From NCBI GenBank assembly GCA_963841215.1, contig CAWJBW010000004.1, forward strand, positions 193,870-257,869: a stretch of DNA of 64,000 bases, given 5' to 3'. The translations under genes and the position numbers were made by a program. Each line of letters starts with the position of its first letter. The first letter of the stretch is position 1. The DNA is from an uncultured Actinomycetes bacterium. GTDB lineage: Bacteria > Actinomycetota > Acidimicrobiia > IMCC26256 > PALSA-610. Below are positions 1 to 10,601 of the stretch, piece after piece. The notes beneath the pieces are model-generated. The model saw only the letters and a program-made list of their open reading frames with translations. It searched no databases and had not been told where the DNA came from.

Positions 1-785
1 CCGGCGCCGACGTGCAGGACGGCGATGCGCTGCGGCGCGTACTGCCCGGCCACGAAGCCGCGTACTTCCTCGTGCATTCGCTCGCCGGTACCGACTTCGT
101 CGCCAAGGATCGCGCCGCCGCCCGAACCTTTGCCGACGGCAGCCACCGAGGCCGGCGTCGGCCAGGTCGTGTACCTCGGCGGGCTCGGCGACGAGAGCGA
201 CGACCTCTCCGATCACCTCCGCAGCCGGCGCGAGGTCGAGTCGATCCTGATGGGAGAGGCGCCGACCACCGCATTGCGAGCCGGGATCGTCGTCGGCGAC
301 GGCGGCATCAGCTGGGAGATGCTGCGACAGCTGGTCGAGCGTTTGCCGGTGATGATCACGCCTCGCTGGGTGGAGACGCGCAGCCAACCGATCGCGCTCG
401 ACGACGTGGTCGTCTACCTCACCGGCGTGCTGGGCCGGGCGGAGGCGATCGGCCGGTCCTACGAGATCGGCGGGCCCGAGGTGATGACGTACCGGGACCT
501 GATGTCGACGGTGGCCCGGATCCTGCATCGCCGGCTCTTCGTGTTGCCGGTTCCGCTGCTCTCACCGCGCCTGTCGTCGCAATGGCTCCGGCTCGTCACC
601 GACGTCGATCTCACCACTGCGCGCGCCTTGGTGGATTCGATGACCAACGAGGTCGTCGTGCACGATCGCAGCATCGACGCGCTGGTGCGGCACGAACCGA
701 TGCGGTTCGAGGCGGCCGCGACGCGCGCGCTCACGCGTCGCCGCGAGCGGCTCGCGGCGGCCGAAGCCGGCACTCGTACGTCAGC
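1..785 (+). CDS. NAD(P)H-binding SDR/NmrA-like oxidoreductase domain, 5' end cut by window edge
   Basis: Translation ...GQVVYLGGLGDESDDLSDHLRSRREVE...RAGIVVGDGGISWEMLRQL...YEIGGPEVMTYRDLM...SPRLSSQWLRLVT... resembles atypical SDR/NmrA-like proteins. The frame switches from 3 to 1 near nt 135. No stop codon lies before the CPBP domain downstream. Confidence 0.55.
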
Positions 786-1447
786 GATGATCCAACCGTC
801 AACGGCACAGAGCCGCAGCGGCCCCCGCCATGCCGAACTGCTTCGCCGGCGTCGAGTCAGTGGCGCCACCCTGATCGTGGGGACGCTGCTCCTCTGCGCC
901 ACGCTGCGGGTTCCCCACGGGTCGACGTGGTTCACCGTGCTCGGCTTCTTGGTCGCGGCGACGTGGATCGGCGGCGCTTTTCTCTCCGGTCCGATCCGGG
1001 TCCGACCTGCGGCTCCGCTCGCCATCGGCCGTGTGGTGGGAACGGCCGCCGCGGTCGGCGATCCTGGCCTACATCGTGTTCGTCGTCGCCTATCTCGTGG
1101 CCGAACGGCTACCCGTTCTGTCGGGTGCGCTCGACAGCGTCCTCGACAAGGCCGACGCGGAATCGACCGCGCTCGTGCTCGTGATCGCGCTGGTGAACGG
1201 CGTCGGAGAGGAACTCTTCTTCCGCGGTGCGCTGTTCGCTGCTGTCCGGCCGCGTGCAGCCGTCGCGAGCACGACCCTCGTCTACGTATTGGTGACCGCG
1301 TTCACCCTCAACGTCGCGCTCGTGGTCGCGGCGATCGTCATGGGCACGATCTTCGCGTTCCAGCGCCGCGCCACCCGCAGCGTCCTCGCACCGGTGGTCA
1401 CCCACCTGACTTGGTCGACGCTGATGCTCCTCGCCCTTCCCCGCTGA
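786..1447 (+). CDS. CPBP family intramembrane glutamic endopeptidase (CAAX-protease-like)
   Basis: TM-rich sequence with an ...NGVGEELFFRGALF... motif and ...VVTHLTWSTLMLL...; stitched from ORFs 25..1482 and 1031..1447 with a frame switch near 1025. Confidence 0.65.
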
Positions 1448-1451
1448 ACCG

Positions 1452-1507
1452 CAGGTTTCGGCGACAATCGGCGACCGTATAGCGCGTGTTCTGTCGCCAA
1501 AACATGG
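1452..1507. repeat. REP-like palindromic element, copy R1
   Basis: CAGGTTTCGGCGACAA-(24 nt incl. TATAGCG)-CTGTCGCCAAAACATGG, between the convergent stops at 1447 and 1511. Confidence 0.6.
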
Positions 1508-1510
1508 GGG

Positions 1511-2630
1511 TTACGGGCGCGCGGCCATCACGCGTGTCCAGAGCTCGTTGTCGAACGAGGAGATCGTCTCGAGGCTCCGGGTGCCGGCCCGTTCGCCCTG
1601 GCGCACGAGTACGAGCCCGGTCTCGCGACTCACGTAGATCTTCTGGTCGTCCTTGCCCAGCGCGGCGACGGTGTCGGGCGGTGCATCGGGCACGAGCGCA
1701 CCGTCCTGCAAGGCACCGGCGGCACCGACCCGGTACGCCGACTGGCCGTTCAGCCACCACAGGTAGCCGTAGCTCGGGTTGGCATCGGACGAAGGGACGA
1801 GCGCGCGTTCGAGGTACAGCGGGTCGACGACGAGTGCGTCTCCCCACTTCCCGTCGCGCTGCACGAGCAGGCCGAACCGCGCCATGTCGCGCGCGTTCAT
1901 CACGAGACCCCACAGCCGGTTGCCCTTCGGGTCGACCGCGGTGCCGCCGGTGCCGGGGCGCTCGTACCAGGCCGCGGAGGTGACGCCGATCGGATCCCAC
2001 AACCATTCCCGGGACAACGGATCGATCGCGGTTCCCGTGACGCGCTCGAGCACCGGCTGGAGCTGGTGGTAGGCGTTGTTGTTGTACGACCACGCCTCGC
2101 CCGGTTGCGCGACCGCACGGAGCTCCGCATCGAGCCCGCTCGTCATCGTGAGCAGGTGCCGGATCGTGATCTGCGCCTCGGCCGAAGCGTCGGCGTTCGA
2201 CCAACCGCTCCCGAGGTACGACGTGACGGGTCCGTCGAGGCTCACCAGTTCCTGCGCCTCGGCCTGACCGACGAGCACTGACACCACGCTCTTCTGACAC
2301 GACGCGATCTCGCGACGGAAGTCGGGCGCGACGCCGTAGTACCGCTCCGCGAGGATGCGGCCGTCGAGGAGCAGGACGACCGACTTCGACGTCTGCTCGC
2401 CCGCGAACACGAGCATCGCTTCGAGTCGCGCCGGATCCCAGCCCGCAGCCGTGGGATCGATCGTCTCCCACGTGCCTCCCGGGAAATACGGCGGGGGCGG
2501 CGGCGCGGTCGTGGCGTCGTGGTGGTCGATCCGCTCTCCCGGTTGCGACGGCTTGGTCGAACAGCCCGGCCACGAAGAGCCCGGCGGTCGCCGCCGCACC
2601 GAGCAGCAGCGTCCGCCGCGAGATCGTCAT
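1511..2630 (-). CDS. Serine hydrolase / beta-lactamase-related protein with twin-arginine signal peptide
   Basis: N-terminus MTISRRTLLLGAAATAGLFVAG is Tat-like and lies in ORF 1398..2630. The body is in ORF 1511..2599, with SxxK as SCQKS and ...YNNNAYHQL...GYLWWLN.... One frame switch near 2570-2600. Confidence 0.7.
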
Positions 2631-2677
2631 GCCGACATTGTGCGAACCCGTCCTGTGCGTGCGCTGTGCGCCGACAC

Positions 2678-2732
2678 CAGGTTCTTGCGACAGTTCCCGC
2701 GCCTATAGCGGCGCCGCTTGTCGCCGAAACCG
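2678..2732. repeat. REP-like palindromic element, copy R2
   Basis: CAGGTTCTTGCGACAG-(25 nt incl. TATAGCG)-CTTGTCGCCGAAACCGG, 5 nt from the amidohydrolase stop at 2737. Confidence 0.6.
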
Positions 2733-2736
2733 GTGG

Positions 2737-3961
2737 TCAGACCCGGTCGAGCTCCAGCATCTTGATCGCGTTGCCGCGCAACACCTTGTACGCGACGGTC
2801 TCGTCGAAGCCGGCGAGCATCTTCTCGACGTACTCCTTCGAGTTGGGCCACGTCGTGTCGGTGTGCGGGTAGTCGGTCTCGAAGCAGATGTTGTCCTCGC
2901 CGACCTCGGGCAGCGACTGCAGGCCGTGGTGGTCGGCGGTGAAGCACCCGAAGATGCGGCCGTAGTAGTAGGTCGAGGGCGGCTCGGGGATGACGTCCTT
3001 CGAGTGCTGCCAGCTGTCGTGCTGCTCCCAGACCGTGTCGGCTCGCTCCAGCGCGTACGGGATCCAGCCGATCTGGCCTTCGGAGTACGCGAGCTTCAAC
3101 TTCGGGAACTGGATGAGCTTGCCCGAGAACAACCAGTCGGCGAGCGACGACATCGAGTTGTTGAACGCGAGCGTGCCGCCCACACCACCGGGCGCGTCGG
3201 GCGAGGCCGAGGGATTGGTCGACGACGACCCGATGTGCATGCACAGGGTCACACCGGTGTCGTTGCACACCTGGAACACCGGATCCCATTCGCCGCTGTG
3301 GATCGTCGGCAGCTTCAAGTGGTGGGGCAGCTCGCTGAAGCAGAACGCCCGCACGCCCCGTTCGGCGTTGCGACGGATCTCTTCGGTCGCGAGCTGCACG
3401 TCCCACAACGGCATGATGCAGAGCGGGATGTTGTAGCCGCCCGACGGTGCGCACCACTCCTCGACCATCCAGTCGTTGTACGCCTTGACGCACGCGAGGC
3501 CGAGCTCCCTGTCGTCGGCTTCGTAGAACGTCTGGCCGCAGAAGCGCGGGAACGTCGGGAACGGCAACGATCCGTCCGACCAGTTGAGCTCCATGTCGGC
3601 GATGCGCGCGTCGCGCTCGTAGCAACCGGGACGCATCTCGTCGTACGTGACGGCTTCCATCACCATCTTCGTGCGGTCGAACCGCGACACGTCGCCGTCC
3701 GGCGTGGCCTCCAGCGGGATCGCGACGAACCGCTTGTGCACGTAGATCAGGCGGTCCTCGAAGTACCAGGCGTCGCCCCATTGCCCGTTCGGGTCCTCGG
3801 GGTTCACGTACTTCGCGCCGGGCGTCTTCTCGAACTGCCCCCAGCGCTTGCGCTCGATGCGCGGGCCCTTCTCGCGGTACTTCTTCGGGAGCCACGTCTG
3901 CCACACGTGGGCGCGGCTCGACGACGTGGTCGTCGACGCTGATGATCTTCGGCATCTCCAT
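2737..3961 (-). CDS. Amidohydrolase family protein (amidohydrolase-2/ACMSD-like)
   Basis: Start MEMPKIISVDDHVVEP is in ORF 2627..3961. The body is in ORF 2737..4032 (...CMHIGSSS...ETDYPHTDTTWP...). The frame switch near 3915 sits at a short C run. Confidence 0.7.
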
Positions 3962-3970
3962 GCAGCGAGA

Positions 3971-3994
3971 CTACCTGACGTCAATGTCAGGTAG
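3971..3994. promoter_or_regulatory. 9-bp inverted repeat with 6-nt spacer in the divergent amidohydrolase / HD-protein intergenic region (operator candidate)
   Basis: CTACCTGAC-GTCAAT-GTCAGGTAG, 10 nt from the amidohydrolase ATG (3961, minus) and 41 nt from the HD-protein ATG (4035). Confidence 0.45.
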
Positions 3995-4034
3995 ACCGGG
4001 AGCTGCAGGCGTTCCGAATCTAGGATGAGCACCG

Positions 4035-4626
4035 ATGACGACGACCGATCGAGGCACGACCGAGCGGGCCACGTTCGCCCGGATGCAGGACAGCACCGCG
4101 GCCGACTACGACATCATCACCGCGCGGCGCATCGAGTTCCTCGCCGGCTACACCGACCGCGTGCTCGACGCGCTCCGCCTCCTCGACGAGGGCACCGAGG
4201 GCTACGCGGTCTCGCGGTTGGAGCACTCGCTGCAGTCCGCGACCCGCGCATCGAAGGACGGACGCGACGACGACTACGTGGCGATGTGCCTGCTCCACGA
4301 CATCGGCGACACCCTCGCGCCGCGCAACCACGGCGAGCTCGCGGCTTCCATCCTCAAGCCGTTCGTGCCGCAACGGATCACCTGGATCGCGGCCCACCAC
4401 CCGGTGTTCCAGCTCGCGTACTACGGCCACCAGGTCGGTGCCGATCCCGAATCCCGGGCGCGCGTACGCCGGCCACGAGTGGTACGACGACACCGTCGAG
4501 TTCTGCGAGCTGTACGACGAGAACTGCTTCGACGTGCGCTACCGATCGCTCCCGCTCGACGAGTTCGCGCCGCTGCTGCGCGCCACGCTCGAACGCACCC
4601 CGCGCTGGGACTCGCCCGACCTCTGA
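4035..4626 (+). CDS. HD domain-containing protein (PhnZ/MIOX-like HD oxygenase family, tentative)
   Basis: ...YAVSRLEHSLQSATRA...DDDYVAMCLLHDIGDTL...AAHHPVFQ... The C-terminus continues in ORF 4438..4626 (...YAGHEWYDDTVEFCELYDENCFD...). One frame switch near 4440. Confidence 0.6.
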
Positions 4627-4663
4627 GCGCGACGTCGCCCAAAGCCGAGCTGTGACCTGACTC

Positions 4664-5060
4664 GTGTCCGGTATCGCGATCATCACCGAAGCTTGCATCG
4701 ACGTGAAGGATCGTGCGTGCGTCGATGTCTGTCCGGTGCAATGCATCTACGAGTTCGATCCCGAGAACAACGTGCTGTTCTCGGAGGTCGAGGCCGGCAA
4801 CGGAGATGATCGAAAACAGTCATACGCCGAATCCGGACTCGATCGCGATCTTCGGCGACAGCATCTTGTACGTGAACACTGAGGAGTGCACGTCGTGCAC
4901 CGCGTGCTACCAGCCCGACGTGTGTCCCGTCGGCGCGATCTACTCCGAAGAGTTGGTGCCCGACGGATCTTCGAAGACGAAGTACAACGCTGAAGATCAG
5001 AACAAGGGCCACGACCACACGTTCTTCATCCAGCTCAGCCGCGACGTCTTCGCCGACTAG
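4664..5060 (+). CDS. Ferredoxin (two Cys-cluster motifs, actinobacterial 7Fe-like)
   Basis: CIDVKDRACVDVCPVQCIY and CTSCTACYQPDVCPVGAIY, split between ORFs 4664..4882 and 4713..5060. Frame switch near 4800. Confidence 0.7.
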
Positions 5061-5145
5061 ATGTCGTTGACGTCGGTCGACCTCGTGGAAGAGCTTCGAG
5101 CTGCGCTCGACGAGCTCGAACCGCTCCTTGCCGTCGCTCGGTGTG

Positions 5146-8100
5146 TCAACCCAGGCGGTCGCACGCCCTGACGAGAAGTTGCGATCCACGCGCTGCAGCC
5201 GTGGCGCGTGCACGCTCCAGCAGCTCGGTCACCCTCTCGGCATCCCGACCGTCGTCGAACAGGATGCGGGCGAGCTCGATCTCGCTCTCGGCCCGGAACA
5301 GCGGCGCGCCGAGGACCTCGTGCGCGGTGATCGCCTTTTGCATGCAGGACTCGGCCGTGTCGACCTTTCCCATCGTCGCGGCGAGGATGCCGAGGAAGTG
5401 CCAGCCCGACGGCTTGGCGATCGTCGTGTTCGCGAAGGAATCGGCGATCGGGCGCAGCGCGTCGTACAAGCCCACGGCGGTCGTGGCGTCGCGATCGCGC
5501 GAGGCGAGGAACGACAAGTTGTACAGCGATGGCGCAACGAGCATGTCGCGTCGCAACGGCAGGAACTCCCCGGCCACGGCGTTGCGGTAGATCGCGAGCG
5601 CGGCATCGACGTCTCCGGCCTCGTACAGGTAGCGCGTGATCGCGAAGCCGAAGTCCCAGTTGGGTTGGCCCGCGAACGGCTTCAGCTGGGCGAGGTGCTC
5701 GTCGAGGCGACCCTGCCAGCGCCTGATCTCGAGGAGCTGCTCGGTGTGGAAGAGGAACGCTTCGCTCCCCTGCCCCGCCCGGCGACCGAGCTCCAACGCT
5801 TCGGTGGCAAAGAACTCGGCATCGTCGAGCGCACCGCGGAACACCGCTTGCGCGGTCTGCATCAGGCGCGCCCTCCACAGCAGACGCGGTTGACGCAGCC
5901 GGTCGGCCACGCGTGCGGCCACCTCGACCATGTCGTTGGCGGCGTCGGCGTCTCCGGCCTCGAGGGCCGTGCCACCCCGGTGGAACGCGGCGTCGAAACG
6001 GACCAGGTCGTCCTGCACCTCCTCGGCCAGACCGAGGAGCTCGTAGCAGTTGGCCGTGCGCTCATGGAGCGTGTCGGGCGCAAGGATCGTCATGTTGCGC
6101 AACCCGAGCACGCACGCCAGTGCGCTCGGATCCGCGACACGGCGCGCCATCGCGAGCGCTTCGTCGCTCAGCGCGAAGCGGCGATCGCCGTCCTCCGCCC
6201 ACACCAGCTCGGAGGCGAGCGCAGCGAGCAGTGACGCCTTGATGCCGCTGTCGTCCTCGCCGTCGAAGAGCGCGAGCGTCGCTTCGAGCGCCTCGACTGC
6301 TTCGACATCGGTCTCACCGGTGCGCGAGAAGAAGCCGCGATTGAGCGACAGCATCGCCTCGGCGGCACTCGTCGCGTCACTCGCTGCGGCGGCGATGCGG
6401 TACGCATTGAACAACGAGTCGCGCGAACGCTTGTCGCCCGCGCACACCTGGGCTCTTCCGAGTGACAGCAACAGCTCGTAGCGAACGTCGTCCGAGACGC
6501 CGACGTCATCGGCAACGTCGAGGGCACGCTCGTACCAGGCGACTGCTTCTTCGTGTGCGAGCTGCTGCGACGCGACGTCGGCGGCGAGCCGGCAGTACTC
6601 GATCGCCCGCTCCACTTCACCGAGCGGTGCCGCCTGCGAGAAGTGGTACGCGAGCAACGCGACAGTGCGGTCGTCGGCTGCCCGCCCGAGCTGTTCGAGA
6701 CCGTGACCGGCCAACTTGTGCAGCCGCATGCGTACGCTCGTCGGAACGGTCTCGAGCAACGCGTTGCGCACGACACCGTGCGGGAAGCGGTAACGAAGCG
6801 GCGTGCCGGGTAGCTCGACGAGATAACGCGCGCTCACGGCGGCGGCGAGGGTTTCGAGGAGTCGGTCGTCGTCGGGTTCGCCGGCAACCGTGCGCAGGAG
6901 CGTGAACTCGAACTCGGTCCCGGTGACCGCGGCTTTCTGCAAGAGCTCGACCGTTGCGGGATCGATCCTGGCCAAACGGTCCACCACGAGCTCCATCACG
7001 CGTGCGGGTGGGCGCATGGGTTGATGTGGCGCACGTAACCGGCGCAGGTCGTCGGATCCGAGCTGCTCGGCGAGCGATGTCACGAACAGCGGATTGCCAC
7101 CGGACTCCTCGTAGATCTCCCGAGCGAGCTCCCGGAGCGGATACTCGACCGTGGACGAGCGGCTCGACTCGCTGATCATCGCGACGACATCGACCGACTC
7201 GATACCGCCGAGCTCCACCCGGCTCACCGAGTCGCGTGTGACGTCGACGCGACCGAGCACGCGTGCAAGATCGCGTTCCGGGATGTCGTCGCGACACGTC
7301 GCGATCAAGACGCCGGGAAACCTCGGGGCAGCCGCGAGGAGATGCTGGACGACTGCGAGCGTGGGCTGCGACGCCCATTGCAGGTCGTCGAGCACGAGGA
7401 GCACCGGTCCGCTGTCGGCGACGAACGTGAGCCAGCCGAGCACCGCGTCGTAGAGCGGGAACGGGTCGATGTTGTCGGCCTGGTTGCTCGGTTCCGAGGC
7501 GTGCGCGCTCACCAACTCGGGCACGAGGCGCGACAGCTCACCGCCGTGCCGCGCGCGCACCATGCCGACGTCGGCGGACGACGCATGCGCGAGGTAGTGG
7601 CGCAGCCACTCGGCAACGGGCTGGTACGGGTATCCGGCTACTTCGTCGCACCGACCGTGCAGGATCGTGTGGCCGTCGCCGTCGACGACGCGCGCGAACT
7701 CGGCTGTGAGCCGCGACTTCCCGGCGCCGGCCTCACCGGTCACGACCGCAGCGCGAAATCCGCTCGCGTCGCACGCGTCCTTCCACACCGATGCCAGCAC
7801 GTCCAGCTCGTGGGCGCGCCCGACGAACGCGAACTCGCGGTTACCGACCAGCGAGTCGGGTATCGGAACCGCCGAGGCTGAGCCCACCGGCCACGGCACC
7901 TCGTAGATCGGCACCGGCCCCGGCAAGCCTTTCGGCTCGAAGACGCCGGCCGGCCGGAACGTTGCCGCGCTGCGGGCGACGGCCAGGTCGTGGACGAGCT
8001 GCGAGACGAGGATCTGTCCACCCTTGGCGCGCGCACACAGCCGCGCCGCTTCGGTCGGTGGCAGCCCGCGCACGTCGCCCGCTTCCACGACGACCTCGCC

Positions 8101-8440
8101 CGCGCTCACGCCGATGCGAACCTCGAGCGACGCGAGCTTCGTCGGGCTCTCCCGCGCGATGCGGGTCTGCATCGACGCCGCGGCGGCGACCGCGTCGGTG
8201 GCGGTGGTGAAGACGGCCATCACGCCGTCACCGAGACGCTTGACGATCGTCCCCTGATAGTCGGTGACCGCTTTGGAGAGGACGCCTTCGTGCCAGCGTT
8301 CGATCTCGTCGGCGCGGTGGTCACCGAGCTGGGTCCGCAACGACGCGGATCCGACGAGATCCGTGATGAGCACCGCCACGGTCGCGAGACCGAGCGTGAG
8401 CCGCGAGGCGGATCGGATCGCATGCAGCGAGTCGCCGTAC
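5146..8440 (-). CDS. Class III adenylate/guanylate cyclase domain + P-loop AAA ATPase + TPR-like repeats (probably the C-terminal part of one SARP-fused regulator)
   Basis: ...VAVLITDLVGSASLR...IVKRLGDGVMAVF...IGVSAGEVVV... is a cyclase domain and VVTGEAGAGKSRL is a Walker A. A long helical-repeat C-terminus follows. No plausible start codon sits in front of the cyclase domain. Confidence 0.75.
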
Positions 8441-9244
8441 CCGCTCGCCCGTCCCGCGCGCCGCGTCCGCGTCCGCGTCGAGGGATGCCTGAGCGCGCGT
8501 CGAGACCCCGGCGCGCAGGGTCGCGTCGTGGTCGAGCATGCGACGCTCGAGCTCGACGAGGTCGGGGCTCGGTTCGATGCCCAGCTCATGTGCGAGGTCG
8601 TGGCGGAGCTGCTGGTACGCGCGCAGCGCCTCCGCCTGCCGGCCGGAGCGATATGCGGCGAGCATCCGCTGTCCGCACAGCCGCTCGTCGAGCGGGTACT
8701 CCTCGGTCAGCGAATCGAGCTCGCTCAACGCTTCGAGATGCTCACCCCGATCGAGCCGCGTCTCCGCGCGCAGCGAGAGCGCGTCGAGGTGACGCCGCTC
8801 GAGGCGCGCCCGCTCGGTGTCCGCCCATGGCCACGAGAACTCCTCGAGCGCGGGACCACGCCACAGTGCCAGCGCGCCGTCGAGCAGCCGGAGACGCGTC
8901 CCCGCGTCGGGCTCGGCGGACGCGGCCCGCAACATCGACTCGAAGCGCGCGGCGTCGAGGGCGTCGTCGGGGATGTCGAACACGTAGCCGGACGGGTGGG
9001 TGACGAGCCCCCCGCCGACCAGGGGCAACAGCTTGCGGAGCTGCGACAGGTAGGTCTGGATCGTGCCGGGCGCCCCGCTGCTCGAATCGCCTTCCGCCAG
9101 CGCTTCGACGAGCCGGTCGGAGGCGACCACCTGGCCGCGCTGCACGAGGAGGAAAGCGAGCAGGCCACGCCGCTTGGTGCCGCGGAGGATCACCGGCCCA
9201 TCGGGACCGATGACCTCGAGAGGACCGAGAATCCGAAACTCCAC
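8321..9244 (-). CDS. SARP-family transcriptional regulator module (OmpR-type winged helix + BTAD)
   Basis: MEFRILGPLEVIGPDGPVILRGTKRRGLLAFLLV...LVEALA...YLSQLRK.. is a wHTH. ...LDGALALWRGPALEEF...RLDRGEHLEALSELDSLTEEYPLDERLCGQRMLAAYRSGRQAEALRAYQQLRHDLAHELGIEPSPDL... is a BTAD. The sequence after ~8480 looks off-frame. Confidence 0.75.
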   Translation of the reverse strand: MEFRILGPLEVIGPDGPVILRGTKRRGLLAFLLVQRGQVVASDRLVEALAEGDSSSGAPGTIQTYLSQLRKLLPLVGGGLVTHPSGYVFDIPDDALDAARFESMLRAASAEPDAGTRLRLLDGALALWRGPALEEFSWPWADTERARLERRHLDALSLRAETRLDRGEHLEALSELDSLTEEYPLDERLCGQRMLAAYRSGRQAEALRAYQQLRHDLAHELGIEPSPDLVELERRMLDHDATLRAGVSTRAQASLDADADAARGTGERVRRLAACDPIRLAAHARSRDRGGAHHGSRRIRVVADPAR

Positions 9245-9340
9245 GCGATGCTTTCGTCTGCCGGAAGGACACGATCGGGAGCTGTGGGAAGGGCGACCGC
9301 ATCGTAGACCGCGATCACCGCGAGGGCGCGCGTCGCGCGC

Positions 9341-10601
9341 TCAGCGCGCCGCGTACGCGGTTCCGAGCGTGCGGCGACGACGCGTGACGGCAACCGGGTG
9401 ACGCACGACCCGTTGCGCGCGTTGCGCAACCGGTTCGATGTTCCACGCTCGGCGTATTGGTTCGTATCGCCACGGGTGCACGGTGGTCGAGTCGGCCGCC
9501 GCATCGGCGATCCACTTGCTGTAGAGCGACCGCGTCACCTTGGCGAAGAGCCACCCGGACAGGTCGTAATAACGCCGGTGGAACAGCACGCGATTGATCA
9601 GCGGCAGCGGCCGCAACAGGAAGCGCGTCCAATCCGCGGCCGGGATCCCGAGAAATGCGCTGTACTCCGACCCGATCAAGAGGCGCGTGCACGCGCACGG
9701 AAGTCCGCGCAAACCGAAGCGCATTGCTCCGGACTCCTCGGCAAGCAACGCGTCCATGAGCAGCCGGCCGCTCTCGGCCGGTGCGGCGTGACGACGCGCG
9801 ATCGCGTCGCGGAGTGCGACCAGCTCCGCCCACCGCAATGGTGCGTCGGCTCCATCGGCGCGCGACGAGAGCAGGCCAGGCTCGATGCCGAGTAGGAACC
9901 CTGCGGTCAACCAGAGGCGCACGTACGCATCGCGCTCGACGCTCGTCGACCGACACGCCGAACCGCTCGAGCGACTCGATCACCGCAACGGTGAACACCG
10001 TGAGCGTGCCGAGGAGATCCTCCTGGTTGATCGGCTCGCCCCGCACCGCCACGTCGAACTGGCCGTCGTGGTGCAGCATGTGCCGGACCGCGGCGTGGAA
10101 CAGCCGTACGCCGTGTGCCGCTCGGTACGCATAGGTGTCGGCGCCGAACGGTCGCGCGTCACGTTCGTCGTTCGCACCCATGACGTCGAGCAGCATCTCG
10201 CCGGTCTGGGCGAGCCGCCGGCGGGTGTTCGAGACCAGCTCGGCCGTGAGCGCGAGCACGACCGAGCCGTCGACGGCCGTGTAACTGAGCGGCAGCGACG
10301 CACAGAACAGCGAGCTCGCGATGTGGACGCCGAACGTTCGGAAGAACCGTTGGCCTTCGCGCAGCAGCTCGGGCTCGGCCCACTCCGGCAGCGGGACCGG
10401 GTCCTGGAAGTACGACCGCACCGAAGGGATCTGCTCGGACTCGGGCAGCGTCCGATGCTCGGCGATGAGTCGTTGCACGAGGTATTGCGGATCGACGATG
10501 CCGCGCGACAGCACGAAGTCGGAGACGATCGCGTCGGCGACCGGATCGGCACGGCGACGCGCGTCGGCGAGCTCGGCGTCGGTGAGTGGGGATCCGATCA
10601 T
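9341..10601 (-). CDS. Oxygenase MpaB family protein (DUF2236)
   Basis: MIGSPLTDAELADARRRADP...LREGQRFFRTFGVHIASSLFCASLP...YRAAHGVRLFHAAVRHML... The C-terminal half is in ORF 9341..9922. Frame switch near 9920. Its ATG overlaps the upstream stop (ATGA at 10599-10603). Confidence 0.6.
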
